A DNA stretch of 63,978 bases, filler included, from Olpidium bornovanus S191 (lineage: Eukaryota > Fungi > Olpidiomycota), in assembly GCA_017911155.1 (NCBI GenBank). It is 28 parts of 28 records of this genome, joined end to end, with 100 filler letters (N's around TTAATTAATTAA, not from the genome) between each part and the next. Parts side by side here need not be neighbours in the genome. Positions count along the whole stretch, not along the records: positions 35,798 to 37,234 come from JAEFCI010004051.1; positions 37,335 to 40,775 come from JAEFCI010012109.1; positions 40,876 to 44,590 come from JAEFCI010009030.1; positions 44,691 to 47,877 come from JAEFCI010004520.1; 24 more parts are not named here. One strand, written 5' to 3'. The translations under genes and the position numbers were made by a program. A model generated the notes under the pieces. The model worked only from the letters and a program-made list of their open reading frames with translations. It was not told the origin of the DNA and did not search any database. Shown piece after piece: positions 35,899-47,696 of this stretch (positions are counted from its first letter, which is position 1; each line of letters begins with the position of its first letter).

Positions 35899-35909
35899 CG
35901 CCCCCCCCC

Positions 35910-35955
<46 letters not shown>

Positions 35956-36338
35956 AACCACCTTCCCCCCTTCTCTTTTGGAGAGGGAGAGGGCAGCACC
36001 CCCGAAAACCGCCCGCCACGCCTCGCGCGGGCGCACTCCCCACCACGGCTGGCGCTCGGCCGCGGCGCCCCCTTTCCCCACGCCTCTTCGCTGGAGTCGT
36101 CGTCTAGTCGCCGCCAGAAGCCCGACGCTTTTTCCGCCCGCCTTCCCTCCTCCAGCCCTTGCCCGCCTTTTTGTCCGGCCCGGAACTAGGGGCGCCCTTG
36201 CGTGGCGCAGTCGTCCCGCGTGCTTTCCTCCGCGCCCCCGGCTGCCTCCCCCCCCCCCTGCGAGCGCCGCGCCGGGCCTGAAAAGACACGTTTGCGCATC
36301 GAGGCCCCGAGACATTCCCCGGGCGGAGCGCGCACGCC

Positions 36339-37162
36339 ATGGTGTCCGAAAAATCGGAGGGCTCGTTCGCAGCTTGTATTGTGAGTTGCTTTTTTTATTA
36401 TCTTACCCTTTTTTAATGATTTCTGACCGGATTTGCGCCGCTCCTTGAGCGCGCTGCGTTCGTCAGATGGGGGAGACCAAGTGGGCACGGTGGTTTGCCA
36501 CGACGGCCTTGATGCAGGCCGTGTCCCTCTGCCTGCTGGAATCGTTGGTTCTGTACTTCCACCAGACGGACGCCAGGAGGATCCTATTAAACGACGAGCT
36601 CCACTCGATCTTCCGGTCGCTGCTCGTCTACCACATACTGTTCATCCTGGCCCAGCTTTTTCAGCAGGTCCTTGTTTTCGACGCGGTATGTTCGGTAAAA
36701 TGTTTGTATTTGCCATTTTTTGCTTTGCTTGTGTTCGCATCTTTGTTTTGTTTTTGGTTTCTCTCTTGACATTCTTATTCTAACTTTTGGTGATTTTTCC
36801 CCCTCGCCGTTTTTGTTCCTGTTGATTTCCCCCAATTTTTGTGCAACCTCGTTTTCTCCCGTTCTCCATCCCTGTCAATACCCCCGCGGTTTGTTCCAGC
36901 TCCGCGCACAGAACCTCATCCAGATCATCGCGGTCGGGGGGTTCAACCTGCTGATCCTCGCGTATTCAGTGGTCCAGTTCATTCAAACCCACAAGCTGTA
37001 CGACATCATCGTAGGCCGGTATCCCTCCTTTGGAAAGACACCGTCCTCGCCCGTTTACGTAGCGGAGTACGTCGTGATTGGTTTATCGTTTGTCTTCACG
37101 ACGACGCTCAGCGTCATGTCGTTCAAGCTGTATAGAGAGTTCGGCTGGTCGATCTATAAAAA
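36339..37162 (+). CDS. UPF0658-family fungal multi-pass (Golgi) membrane protein, 5' part
   Basis: LFILAQLFQQVLVFDA|LRAQNLIQII...FNLLILAYSVVQ and LYREFGWSIYK, with several TM helices. Confidence 0.75.
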
Positions 37163-37535
37163 GTTAGTTTTGGTATACTTTGTCGAAACGCAACAGTTGG
37201 ACAGCTACCGATGGCTGAATTTATGTCTGCCACGNNNNNNNNNNNNNNNNNNNNNNNNNNNNNNNNNNNNNNNNNNNNTTAATTAATTAANNNNNNNNNN
37301 NNNNNNNNNNNNNNNNNNNNNNNNNNNNNNNNNNAAAAAAAAAAAAAAAAAGAAAGAAAAAAAAAAAAAGAAGGCACGCCCGGCCGGCCCCACACCCGCT
37401 CTCGCCCCGCCGTCGGCCGCCCGTCACTCCGACCCCTCTGCGCGCGCGCGCGCGGCCGTTCCCGGGAAGCGAGCGCCCTGTGCCCGCCCGCCGTGACAGG
37501 GAAAGAAAAAGAAGCGGGAAGAAAACAAAAGGAAA

Positions 37536-38855
37536 ATGCTTTCGCCGCGCGCCGTGCCGGGCGCTGCAGCCGTCCGCGCTCGCTTGGGGCCCGTGCGAGC
37601 CGCCGGCCCCGCGCCGGCCGCTCGCCCGCCCGCCGCCCCCCGCGTCCTGCCCCGGTCCTTCGTCCGCCGCGCGCATCTTGGCGCTCCGCCCCCGGCGGCC
37701 GAGGAGGCCGGGCGCCACGTTCACCTGTCCAACCTCCCGCTCCGCTGGACCTTCCTGGAACTCCAGGACGTGTATCGGCCCTTCGGGCCCATCGCCGACG
37801 TCCGGGTCGCCAGGAGGGCTTCGGACGGCGCGCCGCTCGGCCGCGCCGTGGTGACGTTCGAGAACGACGCGGACGCCCGGACCGCTGCCGAGGCGACGGA
37901 CGGCCAAAAGCTGGAGTCGCGCGTGCTTCGCGCCGCCGCCTCCCGCGAGGAAACGGTCCGCGTGCCGCCCTTGCCGGCCGGCCTGGAGACGGTCGTCCGT
38001 GTGGCCAACCTCGCACCCGGGTGCACCCCGACGGAGCTGTGCTCGTTCTACTCGGTATACGGCAGAGTTGTGGACGCGTGCGTTTTCTTCTCGCGGACGG
38101 GCTCCCAATGGAACACCGACGGGTTTCTGCGTTTTTCCTCGCGGGAGGCGGCAGAGCTTGCGCGCAAAGGGATCGCGACAGACGCAAGCGCCGCGGACTC
38201 CGAGCGACATGCCGCTGCGGACTTTTCCGTGAACGACGTCCTGACCGGCGACGAGAATGTCCACGTCACCAACTTCTCTTCAAAGACCACCCCGTCTGCG
38301 ATCGGGAAATTCTTCCGCAAGTTCGGAGACGTCACCCGCCTGAGCTTCCCAAGGTCTACCCCCTCCGGCCGGCCGAGAGGAGACGCGTTGATAAGTTTCC
38401 GGAACGCTGACCAAGCCAAGTTGGCTGCGGAGATTGCAGACGGGGTTGATTTTGGCGGCCAAAAGATTACCACGTGTTACAGCAGAAGCGCCTTGTCGTC
38501 CTCGAGCGGAACGGCGCCGTCCGCGGAAGCGTCGGTAGTCGAAGTGCGAAACCTCGCCAGGCGCGTCAAGGAGGCGGCGGTCATGGAGGCTTTTCAGCAG
38601 TTCGGGCCTGTCGAGAAAGTACTCATCGCGAAGGAGTACACCCACGGAATCCGAAGCACCAGCTTTGTATGGTTCAAGACCCCCGACGACGCCCAGCGAG
38701 CTGTTGACCAGGGCGAGAGTTTGAAGATCTGCGGCAGCCCAGTCCTTCTGCAGCGCGACATCGGGGGTCTCCCTCGACTTCGCCTGCGGTTGTCCGAGAG
38801 CCCGGCCTCGTTTCGGCGGGGCGTTTACAGCAGATACGATCTTTTATCGGTTTAA
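37536..38855 (+). CDS. Intronless protein with four RRM domains and an Arg/Ala-rich N-terminal presequence-like segment
   Basis: 439-aa uninterrupted ORF. RNP2-like VHLSNLP, VRVANLA, VHVTNFS and VEVRNLA; RNP1-like LGRAVVTF, TDGFLRF, RGDALISF and RSTSFVWF. Confidence 0.88.
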   Translation: MLSPRAVPGAAAVRARLGPVRAAGPAPAARPPAAPRVLPRSFVRRAHLGAPPPAAEEAGRHVHLSNLPLRWTFLELQDVYRPFGPIADVRVARRASDGAPLGRAVVTFENDADARTAAEATDGQKLESRVLRAAASREETVRVPPLPAGLETVVRVANLAPGCTPTELCSFYSVYGRVVDACVFFSRTGSQWNTDGFLRFSSREAAELARKGIATDASAADSERHAAADFSVNDVLTGDENVHVTNFSSKTTPSAIGKFFRKFGDVTRLSFPRSTPSGRPRGDALISFRNADQAKLAAEIADGVDFGGQKITTCYSRSALSSSSGTAPSAEASVVEVRNLARRVKEAAVMEAFQQFGPVEKVLIAKEYTHGIRSTSFVWFKTPDDAQRAVDQGESLKICGSPVLLQRDIGGLPRLRLRLSESPASFRRGVYSRYDLLSV

Positions 38856-41277
38856 GCACGGTGCGCCAGACGTTAATCGACCGTCAACGGGTGGCAGTCT
38901 CAAATCCCGGCCGAAATGAAATCGGAGCATGGCAGCATTTGCGCATGCGGCGGAACTGAAATACCCGGGCGGTTGGCTTTCGTGAAGCTATCTTTTCCGT
39001 GTTTATCCTCGTCCAGATACATAGAATATACACCAGGAATTGTGAGTTTTGCAAGGCTTTTCAGCCAGGACCGGACACTGGCTCGGGCGAGGCGCCAAGT
39101 GTTCCCGACCTGGATCATTGGGCACGGGACCCAAATAAAACCGTTTTCGACATCACATGGTCTTTGATGATCCGATGCGGGGACTATACTTTTCTGAGCC
39201 CGCGAGGTTCGGTAGCTGACGGCCGCCAGAGGCGAAGTCGAGGGGTCCTCCAGACGCCTTTTTACGCGTCCTGCATTGTAGCTGGTTTTTTTTTTGCCTT
39301 CCTACACACGGATGCTGAGCTTGATGAGCCGTTTGGGATCTACTGAACGCGTATCTGGAAAAGAAAATTGGCGCGCACTTTTTGCAACGGCTAAACACCA
39401 GCCGCGACAGTCTGGACGAGAAAGGGGGGACATTGTCACGTTTCTGCATTCACCCAGTGCCGTTTTCAACAACGCCCCCTCCCCTCCCCTGCTCTCTCCG
39501 GCACGCCTTTCCTCAACGGGGGGTGGCGCCGAAGGGCCGGTTTTGAGGAAGCTCGAACCGGCGCGCAGATCGGTGTGGAGTCAGGATCCCCAGAGGCAAA
39601 AAATGAAGCGGGGAGCACACGCCCCACACGGAGCAGAAATACAAAAAAAAAAAAAAAAAAAAAAAAAAGGCGCAGAGAGGTTTATGGAAGGGGGGGGGGG
39701 GGGGCCGGTGGGGATGGGGGTGAGGCGAAGGCGATCGCTCTTTTATTCTTGTTTTTGATTATTTTTTTTAAACCTTTTCTCAAGGAAGTTCCGGACGCGC
39801 GCGGCGGCAAGGGACAAAAAAAAAACCAAATCGGGGAAAAAGCGATGCGCGATCGCAAATTTCGTTGTTTTTTTAGGTGGGGGGGGGGGGGGGGGGGCGG
39901 AAGGCCCGCTGAGGGAATGCGCCTTGCGACTGCGACTCCACGACGGAAGGCGGCAGCTTCTAGGGCTCCGGCTCGCGGCAGATGGAAGGAAGCGTCAGGG
40001 CAAACAACCCCCTTCGGGTGTCGTTCGAAGTCTCCTTCGGCAGCATTAGCTGTTCCTCGAGCCCCTCCCGATTTCTCTCCATCGAGCCTTGTCGCCGGAC
40101 ACCGGGCTCGTGAAGCCCTCAACTGCACCCATTTCCATGGGCGTGGCTGCTGGATCAGAGTCGTGCATGCCGGACCTTTTTGGGTGGTTGCATTGTTTAG
40201 ACGCTGTTGATCGAGGATGGTCCCGCCTTCCGTCTTGTTTGCTTTCATACTGAGGACGAAGACGAGGTCTTGGCCCCTCTGAACTTTTCTGCAACGCTGT
40301 CCTCGATTATCTTGACCGGGTCACGATTGGGTCCGGCGATGAGGATTTGCCACCCCTACCGCTGCAGCTCCAGAGGTCTAGGTAGCGCCGTTTAGGACCT
40401 CTGAAGTATCTGGACAGCTAGATCGGGTTCTTGCAAGGTGCGAGACGCGCCGATTTAACACCTCTCCGGATACCACGAAAATCGCGACGGAGAACTCCAA
40501 TCTCAATAAAAACCTCGCCCGCGTTCGGATATTCTCGATATCAACGTTTTGTACCGAAGTCTCCAGTGGCAACGTCTAACGCGCACACCGCAGCCACGAG
40601 CCTTGGGCTGGCGTTCCCCGGGTAAAACATACACACAGGATTTCGAATGCAAATTGCCCTAGGCCCCAGGGCGATAAAATCTCGGCGTAGCCGTATGCTC
40701 CATACTCAGCCGCTTTCCTTTAGCCCCTACAGGTGTCATGATCAGCTCGCAGACTGCGTACAGATTTTTAGGATCNNNNNNNNNNNNNNNNNNNNNNNNN
40801 NNNNNNNNNNNNNNNNNNNTTAATTAATTAANNNNNNNNNNNNNNNNNNNNNNNNNNNNNNNNNNNNNNNNNNNNCATGAAGCCCCAACGAGGATTCTCT
40901 GAGGAACCGCGGCTCCTGTGCCGTGTGAGCGAGTGCCGGAGTCGCCGGATCAACCAACTAGGACGCAGCTCCGCGCCGCAGACCTGCTCCCCTCCGTCAG
41001 CAAATACAACAGAGTTCCCCAAGTGATTCCCCCCTGGTGATCGCGAAAACGACCAGGTCTGCCTCATAGATATCCGCTCCACAGGAACACGTGGAGCTCC
41101 GCGGCACCGAACAAAGTCTCGCGAAGAACGATGAGGGGAACGCAAAAGCAAGAGCTTTTTGATGGCGGAGGAATCCGACCGCGGATATCGTAGAAAAAGT
41201 ACGTGACGGATGAAATACAAAAAAAAACCGGTGCAGCCGGCACCAAGTTCCAGGAAAGACAGCGGGCTCGTCTACCG

Positions 41278-42398
41278 TCATCTCTTTTTTAAAATTCTCT
41301 CGTACGACAAGCGCTTCTTGATATGCTTTCTGTAAAACTGACACGAGTTTGGGACGGAATAAGAGAATGACCGTAAGTGAGTGAAACCCACGACACACCC
41401 ACGGAAAAAGATTAAACAAAAAGAGGAGGACCATAACCGCATCCAATGAAAGAACCACCGGCACAAAGTTCGAAAGTAAAACGTTTTGTCGACCTTGAAG
41501 CAGCAACCTTCTCATGCGTAAAAAAAGATAACAAACCTCAAACGCGTGCATCATCATTTCGGGGGAATGGGGACTTGGGATCTCGACCCGGTTCGCACGC
41601 AACGCGGGCTCTCGCAAAAATACGACGGTTCGGGCGGCGTAGTTAACGTCGAGGTACTCCGGTACGAACATGAACGGAGCGGCGTGGGGCACGTTGTTAA
41701 ATTCGTGGCCATGTTTCGTGGATGTTTTACTGAGAAGAGCGCAATGGGACGCGCAGATCTGGAGCATGTCGCCGTCTTTCAAAACGCGGGCGGGATTCGT
41801 CATCTAAGGAGAAAGCCAGATGCCGTTGTTGCGGCCGTCGTTAACTTTCTTCCTTACGGATTGTCGGATGGCTTAGAAGATAGCAGCCTGGGAACCAGCC
41901 GCTCCGAACTTGCGCCTTCGAGCACATAAACCCAGCAACGGGCGCACGCATAAAAGTGGGGTTGGGCCCGCCTGGGAGACACATTGCACTCACCACTTTG
42001 CCGTTGAGCTTCACCTTCTTTAACCAGATTGCCACCTTGGCTTTGATGACATCGGAAGTGAACAGGGCGCGGTGAAGGACGACGTCGGCCCTCCTCTCGA
42101 TGGGGGCGAAGGCAAGAGCACCCGGAGAGGGGTTGTCGCCGGTGACGCCGCCCGTGCGCGCAACGGTGCTGACGCGCAGCCGGGGCTCGAACCAAAACCT
42201 CCTGAAGGATTTCTCCTGGAGGAAGGGTGCGAAGTACGCTCTGGTTTCCTTCTTCGCCAGCCAGTGCCGCTGGAAGACTGTGGCCTTCTGGCCCAGAGCG
42301 AGAGGGAGAGAACGCCGCGCCAAGTTGAAGAGATTCCGCGGGTCCCACGACATGCGGATCAGAGCCCGCTGCGGGCAGAACATGTTATAACGCGGCAT
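41278..42398 (-). CDS. NAM9: Mitochondrial small-subunit ribosomal protein uS4m (Nam9), complete 3-exon gene
   Basis: RMSWDPRNLFNL, VFQRHWLAKKETRAY, IERRADVVLHRALF, and APFMFVPEYLDVNY...VFLREP...EIPSP. Ends FE|FYRKHIKKRLSYERILKKR*. Confidence 0.93.
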
Positions 42399-42739
42399 TT
42401 TCTTCTCTTTCTATCTTTCGTCCTCTTTCTGCCCGGCGTCGCCGCCCGGACGCCGAAGACGGTCCTTCGCAACGGTGCGCGCCCTCCTGCGCCCCTGCTA
42501 CGCTTCGGTGCTATATACTTGTTCTTCGGCTTTCTCACGCACGCGGGCTGCGCGCGGCACGTCACCGGTCGGGTACCGTCAACCTCGTTTACTTTCTTTT
42601 TTTTGTTGTTTCCTTTTTTTTTTTTTTTTTTTTTTTTTTTCCCCTCCCTCGGCGCCTTCCGCCGCCCCTCCCCGTTTCCGGTTGGAGCGCCGGCGGGGTG
42701 CGTGAGCGCGGCCAGTGTGTTTCGGTTCCTTTTTCCAGG

Positions 42740-44285
42740 ATGTCGCGCGAGCGCCCGCAGGAGCGCGCCGCCCGCGCCCCAAATGCCGCGCCCCGGGAGG
42801 AGAGCCAAGGACGGCCGGACGCCTCGCCCGCGCGGTGGCGGGCGGCATTGAAAAACGGTGAGACGGAAGCTCGCGTTCTCTCGCGGGGAGTCGCGGGGCG
42901 CGTGTGTTTCCTGTTTCGTTCGCCCTCCCCGCCCCAGCCTGATGATTGCTTGCTGCCGCGAAACAACCGCTACCCAGGCTCACGGCTGGAGTCCCCGGAG
43001 GACGTCCTCTTGCACAGCGCGAGCACCCTCTCCCGTCTGCTTCGCGTCTCCGAACCGGAGGCCGCGAAAATCGTCAGATCGGTTTCCAGGTCGATTTTGG
43101 AACCCGGGCCCACGACCGCTTTGCGACTCAAAGCCAGGCTGCGGCACCTGTCGACCGGCGACGAAGGGCTTGACAGGTTTCTGGGGGGCGGCATACCTGC
43201 CGCGGGAGTCACGGAAATTTACGGCGAAAGGTGCGGGTAGGAATCCGCCCCCTTCGAACCTCCCCGCACTCCGTCCTGCCAAAAGCCTGCCGGCACGTCT
43301 CAAACTTACGGCAGGTTACGGCGGTCGCAACCAGCGGCACGGGCAAAACCCAGCTTTGCTTGCAACTGTGTCTGACGGTGCAGAGGTCCATGGACCGGGG
43401 AGGGCTTGACGGAGGTACGATGAGTATTTGGATTTATTTGTTTTTTTGTCGACATACTAGCAAATCCTTAACTGCCGCTGTTGGGTCGCAGGAGCCGTGT
43501 TCCTGGAAACATCAACACCGTTTCCTGTTCGACGATTCGAGGAAATGTCCTCTCGCCTTACGATTTCTGAACCTCTCTCCCTACCGGCTACTGCGCGAGG
43601 CGGCCCCGGCTCTAAGGTCTTCATCGCCCACCTTGCCGACCTGGAGACACAGGAGCACATCATCCAGTACCAGCTGCCCGTCCTACTGAGCAACAACAAC
43701 GTGAAGCTCATAATACTGGACTCGGCAGCAGCGAATTTTCGCTCGATGCAGGAGCACGGCGACGGCGGCGAGAGTTTTTCCCGCGGGCGACGGTACTACG
43801 TCGACCGGGCGAGGGACATCTGCCTCCTGGCTCAGCGTCTGAACGTACTGGGCGCGCGTCACGGGGCCGTCGTCGTTTGCGTCAACGAGGTCACCGCCGT
43901 GGTGGAGGCCGGGGACGCGGACGCGGACGCGGGCGCGTACAGGGCGGACGACGACGCGAGCGCGCGGAAAAGAAGGCGGCCGCCGGACGCGGGATTCGGG
44001 GACGAGACGGCGCTGAAGCCGGCTTTGGGGATGGCTTGGTCGAGCATGGTGACGACGCGGCTTCAGCTGCTCCGGAGGGAACGATTCGGCATACCTCACC
44101 TGGAAGGATCGGAGTGCTTCGACGGACAAACAGCCGCAGACCGCCTCGCGGAGAGCGAGTGGGCGTCGTCGTCAGCCACAGCGCGGTCCACCACGCAGCG
44201 GCAATTGCGCGTCGTTCGATGCCCGTACCTCCCGCCGAAGTCGTGTTCTATATCCATCGGCCCTTCCGGGTTGAAGCGTATCTGA
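42740..44285 (+). CDS. XRCC3: RAD51 paralog XRCC3/Rad57
   Basis: LSTGDEGLDRFLGGGIP...TEIYGES|GTGKTQLCLQLCLTVQ...GGLDG|GAVFLET, Walker B LIILDSAAANFR, VVCVNEV, and PALGMAWSSMVTTRL. Confidence 0.93.
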
Positions 44286-44708
44286 TAATATTTTTAATTT
44301 AAGAAACCGAAGTGAAGCCAAGCGTCGAGCTTTAGGCGCCGGCTACTTTTGCAATCTGCGCACTTGCTCTGAATTGTTCTTTCTGCGCGAACCTACATGT
44401 GACTCCAGAACCATCTGGAACGCAATACGACACGAAGTCACATCGACAACTAAAATGTGAAAATCTTGCACCATGTCGACGCGGTGGGACATTACATTTT
44501 TGTCGCGAAGCGCGTCGAACCGGTTACAGGCTGCTGAAACCGGTTAGGAGCAGTCCGCGACCCACGGTTAAACGATATTGAAGCCTCGTANNNNNNNNNN
44601 NNNNNNNNNNNNNNNNNNNNNNNNNNNNNNNNNNTTAATTAATTAANNNNNNNNNNNNNNNNNNNNNNNNNNNNNNNNNNNNNNNNNNNNCCCCCCCCGG
44701 GGCAACCC

Positions 44709-44741
<33 letters not shown>

Positions 44742-45501
44742 AAAAGAAAAAAAAACAAAAAAAGGCTTCTCGGCGGCGCGTGCGCGCACGCCTTCGGCGA
44801 AAAGATTCACGCGAAGAAAATCTTCTTCCGCCGGCGGTGAGGCTTTTTTTCGGGGCCGGGGCGCGGGTGGAGGGAAAGCGCGGGGGCGCGCGAGCCGCGT
44901 CCCAGGCGGGGAAAGGAGCGCTGCGCGCGCGCTCGGCCCTTCTCCCAGAGAAAGGGTGACCAAGGGATGGCTGGAAGTGACGGGTGGCGGTGGCGAGTGA
45001 TGTCCTCCTCTTTGCAATTGTTTTTTGAGTTCCCCTTTTTGCAAATTATTTTTCGCATTTTGTCCCCCAAAACGAAAATTCCCCTCCCCCCCAAAAAAAA
45101 GAAATACCGCGGGATGAAAGTACGGATATTTTTTCGAAAGAGCAAAGCCGCAAAAAAAAACTTCGCTGGTTCGTCGATTCGGATTCTTTCGTTTGAATGC
45201 CTCCCGAACGAACGAACATTCCGGGGTGGCGAGGAGATTTTTTGTTGTTTTGTTTTTTTTTTTTTTTTTTTCATCGGCCGACCGATAATTGAGGTCACGT
45301 CATCGACGAAACCTACCTTTCGTGACCAGGTGGAACACGGATTTGTTCAAACTGATTTGGTACAACTCCGGCTTCTTTCTTTGACATCAGGCTTGTTGCT
45401 TGCCGTTTTCAAAAATTTCATCGAACCGCTCTTTGTCCGACGAGTGGTGCCCGGAAAACGCGGCAAAAAAGGAATTTTCTTTCTTTCTTCTTTTCTTGGT
45501 T

Positions 45502-45539
<38 letters not shown>

Positions 45540-46300
45540 GGGGCCCGGGGGAGGGGAAAGGCAGCGCTCTGCGCTTTTGCTGCTGAGCTGTAAAAATACA
45601 GGGTCTTGGCGAGAAGGGACCGCAGGCGGGCGGGTGGACGGAGGGAGGGTATCGGGGGAGAGGACATGGCGGCGGGAGCGCAAAAAAATGGCAAATCCTC
45701 TCGAAGCAACAAAAAAAAAAAAGGTCACAAAATAAGCCCCCCGAGGGAGGCGGGGGGAGAAAGGGGAGGGGGGTGAAGGCAGCATGAGAATGTTTGAGTT
45801 TTGGGGCGGCGATCCAAAGGTCATAAAAACGGAGACCGGATGCGGCGGGCGGCCTCGGGAAAAATGAAAACGACGTCCGAAAAAAGAGAGGAAAGATAAA
45901 GGAAAATGCAGGGGGGGGGGGGGAAAGAAGAGACAATAAAAAATTCCCCCGGGTGCCGCAGGACAAGGGAGACAGAAAGGGGTGTGCTGCCAAAGTGAAA
46001 AAATTGGGCGGGGGTTGGGGCTAGGAAACGTCTAAAAGAAAAACTAAAAAAGAATACAAATACAAATACAAATTCTGCCCGGGGTAAGGCGGCTCAAAGT
46101 ACAGCGGTGGGGGTGGAAGGGGTGGGAGCTAAATTGCTCCGGGCGTTGTTTCTCCTGCGTCGAAAGCAGCTTAGCTTTTTCGGTTTGTTTGTTGGGGACA
46201 GGAGGCAGAGGGGAGTGGAGAAAAAAAAAAGAGGGGTGGAAAAAAAAACCTTTTCGAGCGAAAAAAAAAAAATCTCCCACCTCCCCCCAAAAAGGGGTTC

Positions 46301-46424
46301 TCAGATGACTTGTACCAGCTCGACAAGGTTGGCCTTGGGCTGCTTCATGTTCTCGGGGAAAAACTCGAGCAGGTACTCGTACAGCTCGGTGCGAGCCTGG
46401 AACGCGTCCGCTTTAGATTCTGTT

Positions 46425-46459
<35 letters not shown>

Positions 46460-47479
46460 CGTGCGGGTAAAAGGCGTGAGGGGGGGGAAGAGGGTGACGG
46501 CGGGAACGGCGTTGGGGGAGGTGGGCGTTTTCAAACGCGTGTAAGACGGCGAACGAAAAAAAAAAGCAAAAAAAAATAAAAAAAAAAATAAAAACGAAGG
46601 GGAAAAAAGGACAACAACAAAACAACAACAACAAAAACAACCGGAAACGACCCCTTACTGTTCGCCTTGTTGAACAGGTGCGACGTCAGACTTCGGAACT
46701 CGGCGCTCTCCGCCGGGTCGCTGTGGTCGACCACGCTCCCTATGTGCATTTGGAGGAACTTCAGCGCGCCGATGGAGTCGCCCTGCTGGCACATCTCGTA
46801 AAACCTGGGGAGAAGTGTTGGGGGGGGGGGGGGAGGGGGGGATTAGGGTAGTAAAGAAGGGGCTCCGTTCGAATTGCCCCTGGGCCGACAGCTACCCCAA
46901 CAACGCGAGAGGAGCAAAAGGAAAAAAAAAAACGTAGCGAGCTCCGTCGGCGCATGCCGGCATCCGGCATAATCCGCCGGCAAAACGACTCCGCCCCAAC
47001 CCCAGCCTCACATCTGCTTCCTTATGGCAAACAGGGCCTTCCTGACGACGACCTTGGGCACCGGCCTGACCAGCCTCAGCTCCCACATGTCGTCCAGGCG
47101 GGCCTGGGTGCCCTGCTCGCCCGGGTTGCCGCCGAAGAGGTACTGCACGCGGTAGCGCGGGTCGTACACCAGCTGGTGGGCGAACCGCGGGCACGGCTCG
47201 ACGCCCGCCATGCGCGACCAGTACTGGGGGTCGGTGTTCTCGTTGAGGTACACCCGGGTCCACCGCTCCTTGCGAAGGTGGTACACCCAGAAGCTGTTCT
47301 TCACCGTCTCCTGCGCCGTGCTCTTCTCCTTCATCAGGCCGGAGAGCACGTAGAACTCCTCCAGGTCCACGTCGATCGTCGCCCGCTGCGTGAACCCCGC
47401 GTCCGGCCCGCCCTGCTTGCTGTAGTCCCGCGACACCTCGTGCACGACGTCCGCGTCGATGTCGTAGATGTAGAAGTCG
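46301..47479 (-). CDS. MKLN1: Muskelin (kelch-repeat CTLH complex subunit), C-terminal part
   Basis: GFTQRATID, NSFWVY, PCPRFAHQLVYD...YLFGGNPG, RLDDMWEL, ALKFLQ...VDHSDPAESAEF, and RTELYEYLLEFFPENMKQPKANLVELV. Confidence 0.96.
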
Positions 47480-47655
47480 CTTTTGTGCGGGAAAAAGAAA
47501 AAAAACAAAAAAGAAAAAGGTTGGAAGGAGAGCTCATCCCGGCATCGAGGGAAAGAGGAATGGGAGGGAGGAACGAGCGGTGGGATCACGGAGGAAGCAA
47601 CCTGGACGTCCTCGCCCGGAAACCAGGCACCCCCCCCCCCCCCCCCCCCCGGGGT

Positions 47656-47696
<41 letters not shown>

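Noticed and set aside
40046-40570. Ty3/gypsy gag relic suggested by PMEMGAV
   Set aside because: There is a single short motif, no zinc knuckle and no pol downstream.
44780-45470. Minus-strand exons (FDEIFENGK, YQISLNKSVFHLVTK)
   Set aside because: An in-frame stop, noisy flanks and no recognisable family.
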